Shown here in pieces: positions 34,501 through 49,910 of a DNA stretch of 64,000 nucleotides. The notes under the pieces are model-generated. The model had not been told where the DNA came from and did no database searches. It saw only the letters and a list, made by a program, of their open reading frames with translations. How positions within the stretch are numbered: position 1 is the stretch's first letter; each line of letters opens with the position of its first letter. This DNA comes from Eledone cirrhosa (taxonomy: Eukaryota): assembly GCA_964016885.1 (NCBI GenBank), contig OZ024748.1:40362001-40426000 (forward strand), written 5' to 3'. A program made the translations under genes and the position numbers.

Positions 34501-35380
34501 ATCTTGTGTATAGACCATACATATAGATATTGTATATAGACCACACATATAGATATTGTGTATAGACCATACATATACATCTTGTATAGACCATACATAT
34601 AGATCTTGTATAGACCATACATATAGATCTTGTATATAGACCATACATATAGATCTTGTATAGACGATACATATAGATCTTGTATATAGACCATACATAT
34701 AGATCTTGTATAGACCATACATATAGATCTTGTATAGACCATACATATAGATCTTGTATAGACCATACATATAGATCTTGTATATAGACCATACATATAG
34801 ATCTTGTATAGACCACACATATAGATCTTGTATATAGACCACACATATAGATCTTGTATAGACCATACATATAAATCTTGTATAGACCATACATATAGAT
34901 CTTGTGTATAGACCATACATATAGATCTTGTGTATAGACCACACATATAGATCTTGTATAGACCATACATATAGATCTTGTATATAGACCACACATATAG
35001 ATCTTGTGTATAGACCATACATATAGATATTGTGTAGACCACACATATAGATCTTGTATATAGACCACACATATAGATCTTGTATAGACCATACATATAG
35101 ATCTTGTATAGACCATACATATAGATCTTGTGTATAGACCACACATATAGATCTTGTATATAGACCATACATATAGATCTTGTATATAGACCACACATAT
35201 AGTTCTTGTGTAGACCATACATATAGATCTTGTAAATAGACCATACATATAGATCTTGTGTATAGACCATACATATAGATCTTGTATAGACCATACATAT
35301 AGATCTTGTATAGACCACACATATAGATCTTGTATAGACCACACATATAGATATTGTATATAGACCATACATATAGATCT
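28520..35380. repeat. Tandem block duplication, period 3427 bp
   Basis: ORF pairs 28722/32149, 29428/32855, 29841/33268 and 30831/34258. The markers cttggatata, gaacacac and ccaggcat were seen only in these two copies. Confidence 0.92.
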
Positions 35381-38300
35381 TGTATAGACCATACATATAG
35401 ATCTTGTATAGACCATACATATAGATCTTGTATAGACCATACATATAGATCTTGTATAGACCACACATATATATCTTGTATAGACCATACATATAGATCT
35501 TGTGTATAGACCATACATATAAATCTTGTATAGACCATACATATAGATTTTGTATAGACCACACATATAGATCTTGTATAGACCATACATATAGATCTTG
35601 TGTATAGACCATACATATACATCTTGTATAGACCATACATATAGATCTTGTATAGACCATACATATAGATCTTGTATAGACCACACATATAGATCTTGTA
35701 TAGACCATACATATAGATCTTGTGTATAGACCATACATATAGATCTTGTATAGACCACACATATAGATCTTTTATATAGACCATACATATAGATCTTGTA
35801 TAGACCATACATATAGATCTTGTGTATAGACCATACATATAGATCTTGTATAGACCATACATATAGATCTTGTATATAGACCATATATATAGATCTTGTA
35901 TAGACCATACATATAGATCTTGTGTATAGACCATACATATAGATATTGTATAGACCATACATATAGATATTGTATATAGACCATACATATAGATCTTGTA
36001 TAGACCACACATATAGATATTGTGTAGACCACACATATAGATATTGTATAGACCATACATATAGATCTTGTATATAGACCACACATATAGATCTTGTATA
36101 GACCATACATATAGATCTTGTATAGACCATACATATAGATCTTGTATATAGACCACACATATAGATCTTGTATAGACCATACATATAGATCTTGTATAGA
36201 CCATACATATAGATCTTGTATAGACAATACATATAGATCTTGTATAGACCACACATATAGATCTTGTATATAGACCACACATATAGATCTTGTATAGACC
36301 ATACATATAGATCTTTTATAGACCATACATATAGATCTTGTGTATAGACCATACATATAGATCTTGTGTATAGACCACACATATAGATCTTGTATAGACC
36401 ATACATATAGATCTTGTATATAGACCACACATATAGATCTTGTGTAGACTATACATATAGATCTTGTAAATAGACCATACATATAGATCTTGTGTATAGA
36501 CCATACATATAGATCTTGTATAGACCATACATATAGATCTTGTGTATAGACCACACATATAGATCTTGTATATCGACCATACATATAGATCTTGTATATA
36601 GACCACACATATAGATCTTGTGTAGACCATACATATAGATCTTGTAAATAGACCATACATATAGATCTTGTATATAGACCACACATATAGATCTTGTGTA
36701 TAGACCATACATATAGATATTGTGTAGACCACACATATAGATCTTGTATATAGACCACACATATAGATGTTGTATAGACCATACATATAGATCTTGTATA
36801 GACCATACATATAGATCTTGTGTATAGACCACACATATAGATCTTGTATATAGACCATACATATAGATCTTGTATATAGACCACACATATAGATCTTGTG
36901 TAGACCATACATATAGATCTTGTAAATAGACCATACATATAGATCTTGTGTATAGACCATACATATAGATCTTGTATAGACCATACATATAGATCTTGTA
37001 TAGACCACACATATAGATCTTGTATAGACCACACATATAGATATTGTATATAGACCATACGTATAGATCTTGTATAGCCCATACATATAGATCTTGTATA
37101 GACCATCCATATAGATCTTGTATAGGCCACACATATAGATCTTGTATAGACCACACATATAGATCTTGTATAGACCATACATATAGATCTTGTATAGACC
37201 ACACATATAGATCTTGTATATAGACCATACATATAGATCTTGTATAGACCATACATATAGATCTTGTGTATAGACCATACATATACATCTTGTATAGACC
37301 ATACATATAGATCTTGTATAGACCATACATATAGATCTTGTATAGACCACACATATATATCTTGTATAGACCATACATATAGATCTTGTGTATAGACCAT
37401 ACATATAGATCTTGTATAGACCATACATATAGAACTTGTATATAGACCATACATATAGATCTTGTATAGACCACACATATAGATCTTGTATATAGACCAT
37501 ACATATAGATCTTGTATAGACCATACATATAGATCTTGTATAGACCACACATATAGATCTTGTATATAGACCATACATATAGATCTTGTATAGACCATAC
37601 ATATAGATCTTGTGTATAGACCATACATATAGATCTTGTATAGACCACACATATAGATCTTGTATAGACCATACATATAGATCTTGTGTATAGACCATAC
37701 ATATAGATCTTGTATAGACCACACTTATAGATCTCGTATATAGACCATACATATAGATCTTGTATAGACCATACATATAGATCTTGTGTATAGACCATAC
37801 ATATAGATCTTGTATAGACCATACATATAGATCTTGTATATAGACCATACATATAGATCCTGTATAGACCATACATATAAATCTTGTGTATAGACCATAC
37901 ATATAGATCTTGTGTATAGACCATACATATAGATATTGTATATAGACCAGACATATAGATATTGTGTATAGACCATACATATACATCTTGTATAGACCAT
38001 ACATATAGATCTTGTATAGACCATACATATAGATCTTGTATATAGACCATACATATAGATCTTGTATAGACTATACATATAGATCTTGTATATAGACCAC
38101 ACATATAGATCTTGTATAGACCATACATATAGATCTTGTATAGACCATACATATAGATCTTGTATAGACCATACATATAGATCTTGTATAGACCATACAT
38201 ATAGATCTTGTGTATAGACCATACATATAGATCTTGTATAGACGTCACATATAGATCTTGTATATAGACCATACATATAGATCTTGTATAGACCATACAT

Positions 38301-40130
38301 ATAGATCTTGTGTATAGACCATACATATAGATCTTGTATAGACCATACATATAGATCTTGTATATAGACCATACATATAGATCTTGTATAGACCATACAT
38401 ATAGATCTTGTGTATAGACCATACATATAGAATTTGTGTATAGACCATACATATAGATATTGTATATAGACCACAGATATAGATATTGTGTATTGACCAT
38501 ACATATACATCTTGTATAGACCATACATATAGATCTTGTATAGACCATACATATAGATCTTGTATATAGACCATACATATAGATCTTGTATAGACCATAC
38601 ATATAGATCTTGTATAGACCATACATATAGATCTTTTATAGACCATACATATAGATCTTGTATAGACCATACATATAGATCTTGTATATAGACCATACAT
38701 ATAGATCTTGTATAGACAATACCTATAGATCTTGTATATAGACCATACATATAGATCTTGTATAGACCATACATATAGATCTTGTATATAGACCATACAT
38801 ATAGATCTTGTATAGACCATACATATAGATCTTGTATAGACCATACATATAGATCTTGTATATAGTCCATACATATAGATCTTGTATAGACCATACATAT
38901 AGATCTTGTATAGACCATACATATAGATCTTGTATAGACCATACATATAGATCTTGTATAGACCACACATATAGATGTTGTATATATACCATACATATAG
39001 ATCTTGTATAGACCATACATATAGATCTTGTATAGACCACACATATAGATATTGTATAGACCATACATATAGATCTTGTATATAGACCATACATATAGAT
39101 CTTGTATAGACCACACATATAGATATTGTATAGACCATACATATAGATCTTGTATAGACCACACATATAGATATTGTATAGACCACACATATAGATCTTG
39201 TATAGACCATACATATAGATCTTGTATAGACCATACATATAGATATTGTATATAGACCATACATATAGATCTTGTATAGACCATAGATATAGATCTTGTA
39301 TATAGACCATACATATAGATATTGTATAGACCATACATATAGATATTGTGTATAGACCATACATATAAATCTTGTGTATAGACTATACATATAGATCTTG
39401 TGTATAGATAATACATATAGATCTTGTATAGACCACACATATAGATCTTGTGTATAGACCATACATATAGATCTTGTGTATAGACCACACATATAGATCT
39501 TGTGTATAGACCACACATATAGATCTTGTATATAGACCATACATATAGATCTTGTATAGACCATACATATAGATCTTGTGTATAGACCATACATATAGAT
39601 CTTGTATAGACCATACATATAGATCTTGTATAGACCATACATATAGATCTTGTATAGACCACACATATAGATCTTGTATATAGACCACACATATAGATCT
39701 TGTATAGACCATACATATAGATCTTGTGTATAGACCATACATATAGATCTTGTATATAGACCAGACATATAGATATTGTGTATAGACCATACATATACAT
39801 CTTGTATAGACCATACATATAGATCTTGTATAGACCATACATATAGATCTTGTATATAGACCATACATATAGATCTTGTATAGACTATACATATAGATCT
39901 TGTATATAGACCACAAATATAGATCTTGTATAGACCATACATATAGATCTTGTATAGACCATACATATAGATCTTGTATAGACCATACATATAGATCTTG
40001 TATAGACCATACATATAGATCTTGTGTATAGACCATACATATAGATCTTGTATAGACGTCACATATAGATCTTGTATATAGACCATACATATAGATCTTG
40101 TATAGACCATACATATAGATCTTGTGTATA
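35280..40130. repeat. About 4.8-kb block, copy A of a long-range duplication (partner at about 57.0-61.9 kb)
   Basis: ORF offsets 35772/57507, 36316/58051, 37725/59460 and 38245/59980 equal 21735. Offsets 38723/60508 and 39383/61168 equal 21785. Confidence 0.88.
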
Positions 40131-42200
40131 GACCATACATATAGATCTTGTATAGACCATACATATAGATCTTGTATATAGACCATACATATAGATCTTG
40201 TATAGACCATACATATAGATCTTGTGTATAGACCATACATATAGAATTTGTGTATAGACCATACATATAGATATTGTATATAGACCACAGATATAGATAT
40301 TGTGTATTGACCATACATATACATCTTGTATAGACCATACATATAGATCTTGTATAGACCATACATATAGATCTTGTATATAGACCATACATATAGATCT
40401 TGTATAGACTATACATATAGATCTTGTATATAGACCATACATATAGATCTTGTATAGACCATACATATAGATCTTGTATAGACCATACATATAGATCTTG
40501 TATAGACCATACATATAGATCTTGTATATAGACCATACATATAGATCTTGTATAGACAATACCTATAGATCTTGTATATAGACCATACATGTAGATCTTG
40601 TATAGACCATACATATAGATCTTGTATATAGACCAAACATATAGATCTTGTATAGACCATACATATAGATCTTGTATAGACCATACATATAGATCTTGTA
40701 TATAGTCCATACATATAGATCTTGTATAGACCATACATATAGATCTTGTATAGACCATACATATAGATCTTGTATAGACCATACATATAGATCTTGTATA
40801 GACCACACATATAGATGTTGTATATATACCATACATATAGATCTTGTATAGACCATACATATAGATCTTGTATAGACCACACATATAGATATTGTATAGA
40901 CCATACATATAGATCTTGTATATAGACCATACATATAGATCTTGTATAGACCACACATATAGATATTGTATAGACCATACATATAGATCTTGTGTATAGA
41001 CCATACATATAGATCTTGTATATAGACCAGACATATAGATATTGTGTATAGACCATACATATACATCTTGTATAGACCATACATATAGATCTTGTATAGA
41101 CCATACATATAGATCTTGTATATAGACCATACATATAGATCTTGTATAGACTATACATATAGATCTTGTATATAGACCACACATATAGATCTTGTATAGA
41201 CCATACATATAGATCTTGTATAGACCATACATATAGATCTTGTATAGACCATACATATAGATCTTGTATAAACCATACATATAGATCTTGTGTATAGACC
41301 ATACATATAGATCTTGTATAGACGTCACATATAGATCTTGTATATAGACCATACATATAGATCTTGTATAGACCATACATATAGATCTTGTGTATAGACC
41401 ATACATATAGATCTTGTATAGACCATACATATAGATCTTGTATATAGACCATACATATAGATCTTGTATAGACCATACATATAGATCTTGTGTATAGACC
41501 ATACATATAGAATTTGTGTATAGACCATACATATAGATATTGTATATAGACCACAGATATAGATATTGTGTATTGACCATACATATACATCTTGTATAGA
41601 CCATACATATAGATCTTGTATAGACCATACATATAGATCTTGTATATAGACCATACATATAGATCTTGTATAGACTATACATATAGATCTTGTATATAGA
41701 CCATACATATAGATCTTGTATAGACCATACATATAGATCTTGTATAGACCATACATATAGATCTTGTATAGACCATACATATAGATCTTGTATATAGACC
41801 ATACATATAGATCTTGTATAGACAATACCTATAGATCTTGTATATAGACCATACATGTAGATCTTGTATAGACCATACATATAGATCTTGTATATAGACC
41901 ATACATATAGATCTTGTATAGACCATACATATAGATCTTGTATAGACCATACATATAGATCTTGTATATAGTCCATACATATAGATCTTGTATAGACCAT
42001 ACATATAGATCTTGTATAGACCATACATATAGATCTTGTATAGACCATACATATAGATCTTGTATAGACCACACATATAGATGTTGTATATATACCATAC
42101 ATATAGATCTTGTATAGACCATACATATAGATCTTGTATAGACCACACATATAGATATTGTATAGACCATACATATAGATCTTGTATAGACCACACATAT
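39700..42200. repeat. Tandem duplication, period 1266 bp, following a related 1814-bp-offset copy from about 37.9 kb
   Basis: The ccagac marker is at 37947, 39761 and 41027. gacgtc is at 38241, 40055 and 41321. ORF pairs 40059/41325 and 40563/41829. Confidence 0.88.
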
Positions 42201-44909
42201 AGATATTGTATAGACCACACATATAGATCTTGTATAGACCATACATATAGATCTTGTATAGACCATACATATAGATATTGTATATAGACCATACATATAG
42301 ATCTTGTATAGACCATAGATATAGATCTTGTATATAGACCATACATATAGATATTGTATAGACCATACATATAGATATTGTGTATAGACCATACATATAA
42401 ATCTTATGTATAGACTATACATATAGATCTTGTGTATAGATAATACATATAGATCTTGTATAGACCACACATATAGATCTTGTGTATAGACCATACATAT
42501 AGATCTTGTGTATAGACCACACATATAGATCTTGTGTATAGACCACACATATAGATCTTGTATATAGACCATACATATAGATCTTGTATAGACCATACAT
42601 ATAGATCTTGTGTATAGACCATACATATAGATCTTGTATAGACCATACATATAGATCTTGTATAGACCATACATATAGATCTTGTATAGACCACACATAT
42701 AGATCTTGTATATAGACCACACATATAGATCTTGTATAGACCATACATATAGATCTTGTGTATAGACCATACATATAGATCTTGTATATAGACCACACAT
42801 ATAGATCTTGTGTATAGACCATACATATAGATCTTGTATAGACCATACATATAGATCTTGTATAAACCATACATATAGATCTTGTATAGACCATACATAT
42901 AGATCTTGTAAAGACCACACATATAGATATTGTATAGACCACACATATAGATCTTGTGTATAGACCACACATATAGATCTTGTGTATAGACCATACATAT
43001 AGATCTTGTATATAGACCATAGATATAGATCTTGTATAGACCATACATATAGATATTGTATAGACCATACATATAGATCTTGTATATAGACCATACATAT
43101 AGATCTTGTATAGAGCACACATATAGATATTGTGTAGACCACACATATAGATATTGTATAGACCATACATATAGATCTTGTATATAGACCACACACATAG
43201 ATATTGTATAGACCATACATATAGATCTTGTATAGACCATACATATAGATCTTGTATATAGACCACACATATAGATCTTGTATAGACCATACATATAGAT
43301 CTTGTATAGACCATACATATAGATCTTGTATAGACAATACAAATAGATCTTATATAGACCACACATATAGATCTTGTATTTAGACCACACATATAGATCT
43401 TGTATAGACCATACATATAGATCTTGTATAGACCATACATATAGATCTTGTGTATAGACCATACATATAGATCTTGTGTATAGACCACACATATAGATCT
43501 TGTATAGACCATACATATAGATCTTGTTTATAGACCACACATATAGATCTTGTGTATAGACCATACATATAGATATTGTGTAGACCACACATATAGATCT
43601 TGTATATAGACCACACATATAGATCTTGTATAGACCATACATATAGATCTTGTATAGACCATACATATAGATCTTGTGTATAGACCACACATATAGATCT
43701 TGTATATAGACCATACATATAGATCTTGTATATAGACCACACATATAGATCTTGTGTAGACCATACATATAGATCTTGTAAATAGACCATACATATAGAT
43801 CTTGTGTATAGACCATACATATAGATCTTCTATAGACCATACATATAGATCTTGTATAGACCACACATATAGATCTTGTATAGACCACACATATAGATAT
43901 TGTATATAGACCATACATATAGATCTTGTATAGACCATACATATAGATCTTGTATAGACCATACATATAGATCTTGTATAGACCATACATATAGATATTG
44001 TATATAGACCATACATATAGATCTTGTATAGACCATAGATATAGATCTTGTATATAGACCATACATATAGATATTGTATAGACCATACATATAGATATTG
44101 TGTATAGACCATACATATAGATCTTGTGTATAGACCATACATATAGATCTTGTGTATAGATAATACATATAGATCTTGTATAGACCACACATATAGATCT
44201 TGTGTATAGACCATACATATAGATCTTGTGTATAGACCACACATATAGATCTTGTGTATAGACTACACATATAGATCTTGTATATAGACCATACATATAG
44301 ATCTTGTATAGACCATACATATAGATCTTGTGTATAGACCATACATATAGATCTTGTATAGACCATACATATAGATCTTGTATAGACCATACATATAGAT
44401 CTTGTATAGACCACATATATAGATCTTGTATATAGACCACACATATAGATCTTGTATAGACCATACATATAGATCTTGTGTAGACCACACATATAGATCT
44501 TGTGTATAGACCATACATATAGATCTTGTGTAGACCACACATATAGATATTGTATAGACCACACATATAGATATTGTATATAGACCACACATATAGATCT
44601 TGTATAGACCATACATATAGATCTTGTATAGACCACACATATAGATCTTGTATAGACCATACATATAGATCTTGTATAGACCACACATATAGATCTTGTA
44701 TAGACCATACATATAGATCTTGTATATAGACCATACATATAGATCTTGTGTATAGACCATACATATAGACATTGTGTATAGACCATACATATAGATATTG
44801 TATATAGACCACACATATAGATTTGTATAGACCACACATTTAGATATTGTGTAGACCACACATATAGATCTTGTATATAGACCACCCATATAGATATTGT
44901 GTAGACCAC

Positions 44910-47900
44910 ACATATAGATCTTGTATATAGACCACACATATAGATCTTGTATATAGACCATACTTATAGATATTGTATAGACCATACATATAGATCTTGT
45001 ATATAGACCATACATATAGATATTGTGTATAGATCATAGATATAGATCTTGTATAGACCACACATATAGATCTTGTATAGACCATACATATAGATCTTGT
45101 ATATAGACCACACATATAGATCTTGTATATAGACCATACATATAGATCTTGTGTAGACCACACATATAGATCTTGTATAGACAATACATATAGATCTTGT
45201 ATATAGACTACACATATAGATCTTGTGTATAGACCATACATATAGATCTTGTATAGACCACACATATAGATCTTGTATAGACCACACATATAGATATTGT
45301 GTAGACCATACATATAGATCTTGTGTATAGACCATACATATAGATCTTGTATATAGACCACACATATAGATCTTGTGTATAGACCATACTTATAGATCTT
45401 GTATAGACCATACATATAGATCTTATATAAACCATACATATAGATCTTGTATAGACCATACATATAGATCTTGTATACACCACACATATAGATATTGTAT
45501 AGACCACACATATAGATCTTGTGTATAGACCACACATATAGATCTTGTGTATAGACCATACATATAGATCTTGTATATAGACCATAGATATAGATCTTGT
45601 ATAGACCATACATATAGATATTGTATAGACCATACATATAGATCTTGTATATAGACCATACATATAGATCTTGTATAGAGCACACATATAGATATTGTGT
45701 AGACCACACATATAGATATTGTATAGACCATACATATAGATCTTGTATATAGACCACACATATAGATATTGTATAGACCATACATATAGATCTTGTATAG
45801 ACCATACATATAGATCTTGTATATAGACCACACATATAGATCTTGTATAGACCATACATATAGATCTTGTATAGACCATACATATAGATCTTGTATAGAC
45901 AATACATATAGATCTTATATAGACCACACATATAGATCTTGTATATAGACCACACATATAGATCTTGTATAGACCATACATATAGATCTTGTATAGACCA
46001 TACATATAGATCTTGTGTATAGACCATACATATAGATCTTGTGTATAGAGAACACATATAGATCTTGTATAGACCATACATATAGATCTTGTATATAGAC
46101 CACACATATAGTTCTTGTGTATAGACCATACATATAGATCTTGTATAGACCACACATATATATCTTGTATAGACCATACATATAGATCTTGTGTATAGAC
46201 CATACATATAGATCTTGTATAGACCATACATATAGATCTTGTATATAGACCATACATATAGATCTTGTATAGACCACACATATAGATCTTGTATATAGAC
46301 CATACATATAGATCTTGTATAGACCATACATATAGATCTTGTATAGACCACACATATAGATCTTGTATATAGACCATACATATAGATCTTGTATAGACCA
46401 TACATATAGATCTTGTGTATAGACCATACATATAGATTTTGTATAGACCACACATATAGATCTAGTATATAGACCATACATATATATCTTGTATAGACCA
46501 TACATATAGATATTGTATAGACCACACATATAGATCTTGTATATAGACCATACATATAGATCTTGTATAGACCATACATATAGATCTTGTATAGACCATA
46601 CATATAGATCTTGTATAGACCACATATATAGATCTTGTATAGACCATACATATAGATCTTGTGTATAGACCATACATATAGATCTTGTATAGACGTCACA
46701 TATAGATCTTGTATATAGACCATACATATAGATCTTGTATAGACCATACATATAGATCTTGTGTATAGACCATACATATAGATCTTGTATAGACCATACA
46801 TATAGATCTTGTATATAGACCATACATATAGATCTTGTATAGACCATACATATAGATCTTGTGTATAGACCATACATATAGAATTTGTGTATAGACCATA
46901 CATATAGATATTGTATATAGACCACAGATATAGATATTGTGTATTGACCATACATATACATCTTGTATAGACCATACATATAGATCTTGTATAGACCATA
47001 CATATAGATCTTGTATATAGACCATACATATAGATCTTGTATAGACTATACATATAGATCTTGTATATAGACCATACATATAGATCTTGTATAGACCATA
47101 CATATAGATCTTGTATAGACCATACATATAGATCTTGTATAGACCATACATATAGTTCTTGTATAGACCATACATATAGATCTTGTATATAGACCATACA
47201 TATAGATCTTGTATAGACCATACCTATAGATCTTGTATAGACCATACATATAGATCTTGTATAGACCATACATATAGATCTTGTATAGACCATACATATA
47301 GATCTTGTATAGACCACACATATAGATATTGTATAGACCATACATATAGATCTTGTATAGACCACACATATAGATATTGTATAGACCACACATATAGATC
47401 TTGTATATAGACTACACATATAGATCTTGTATATAGACCACACATATAGATCTTGTATATAGACCATACTTATAGATATTGTATAGACCATACATATAGA
47501 TCTTGTATATAGACCATACATATAGATATTGTGTATAGATCATACATATAGATCTTGTATAGACCACACATATAGATCTTGTATAGACCATACATATAGA
47601 TCTTGTATATAGACCACACATATAGATCTTGTATATAGACCATACATATAGATCTTGTGTAGACCACACATATAGATCTTGTATAGACAATACATATAGA
47701 TCTTGTATATAGACTACACATATAGATCTTGTGTATAGACCATACATATAGATCTTGTATAGACCACACATATAGATCTTGTATAGACCACACATATAGA
47801 TATTGTGTAGACCATACATATAGATCTTGTGTATAGACCATACATATAGATCTTGTATATAGACCACACATATAGATCTTGTGTATAGACCATACTTATA

Positions 47901-49910
47901 GATCTTGTATAGACCATACATATAGATCTTATATAAACCATACATATAGATCTTGTATAGACCATACATATAGATCTTGTATACACCACACATATAGATA
48001 TTGTATAGACCACACATATAGATCTTGTGTATAGACCACACATATAGATCTTGTGTATAGACCATACATATAGATCTTGTATATAGACCATAGATATAGA
48101 TCTTGTATAGACCATACATATAGATATTGTATAGACCATACATATAGATCTTGTATATAGACCATACATATAGATCTTGTATAGAGCACACATATAGATA
48201 TTGTGTAGACCACACATATAGATATTGTATAGACCATACATATAGATCTTGTATATAGACCACACATATAGATATTGTATAGACCATACATATAGATCTT
48301 GTATAGACCATACATATAGATCTTGTATATAGACCACACATATAGATCTTGTATAGACCATACATATAGATCTTGTATAGACCATACATATAGATCTTGT
48401 ATAGACAATACATATAGATCTTATATAGACCACACATATAGATCTTGTATATAGACCACACATATAGATCTTGTATAGACCATACATATAGATCTTGTAT
48501 AGACCATACATATAGATCTTGTGTATAGACCATACATATAGATCTTGTGTATAGAGAACACATATAGATCTTGTATAGACCATACATATAGATCTTGTAT
48601 ATAGACCACACATATAGTTCTTGTGTATAGACCATACATATAGATCTTGTATAGACCACACATATATATCTTGTATAGACCATACATATAGATCTTGTGT
48701 ATAGACCATACATATAGATCTTGTATAGACCATACATATAGATCTTGTATATAGACCATACATATAGATCTTGTATAGACCACACATATAGATCTTGTAT
48801 ATAGACCATACATATAGATCTTGTATAGACCATACATATAGATCTTGTATAGACCACACATATAGATCTTGTATATAGACCATACATATAGATCTTGTAT
48901 AGACCATACATATAGATCTTGTGTATAGACCATACATATAGATTTTGTATAGACCACACATATAGATCTAGTATATAGACCATACATATATATCTTGTAT
49001 AGACCATACATATAGATATTGTATAGACCACACATATAGATCTTGTATATAGACCATACATATAGATCTTGTATAGACCATACATATAGATCTTGTATAG
49101 ACCATACATATAGATCTTGTATAGACCACACATATAGATCTTGTATAGACCATACATATAGATCTTGTGTATAGACCATACATATAGATCTTGTATAGAC
49201 GTCACATATAGATCTTGTATATAGACCATACATATAGATCTTGTATAGACCATACATATAGATCTTGTGTATAGACCATACATATAGATCTTGTATAGAC
49301 CATACATATAGATCTTGTATATAGACCATACATATAGATCTTGTATAGACCATACATATAGATCTTGTGTATAGACCATACATATAGAATTTGTGTATAG
49401 ACCATACATATAGATATTGTATATAGACCACAGATATAGATATTGTGTATTGACCATACATATACATCTTGTATAGACCATACATATAGATCTTGTTTAG
49501 ACCATACATATAGATCTTGTATATAGACCATACATATAGATCTTGTATAGACTATACATATAGATCTTGTATATAGACCATACATATAGATCTTGTATAG
49601 ACCATACATATAGATCTTGTATAGACCATACATATAGATCTTGTATAGACCATACATATAGTTCTTGTATAGACCATACATATAGATCTTGTATATAGAC
49701 CATACATATAGATCTTGTATAGACCATACCTATAGATCTTGTATAGACCATACATATAGATCTTGTATAGACCATACATATAGATCTTGTATAGACCATA
49801 CATATAGATCTTGTATAGACCACACATATAGATATTGTATAGACCATACATATAGATCTTGTATAGACCACACATATAGATATTGTATAGACCACACATA
49901 TAGATCTTGT
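44910..49910. repeat. Tandem block duplication, period 2506 bp
   Basis: Nine ORF pairs share offset 2506 (44964/47470 through 47224/49730). Shared private markers include tagagaacac, gatctagtat and catacttat. Confidence 0.92.
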
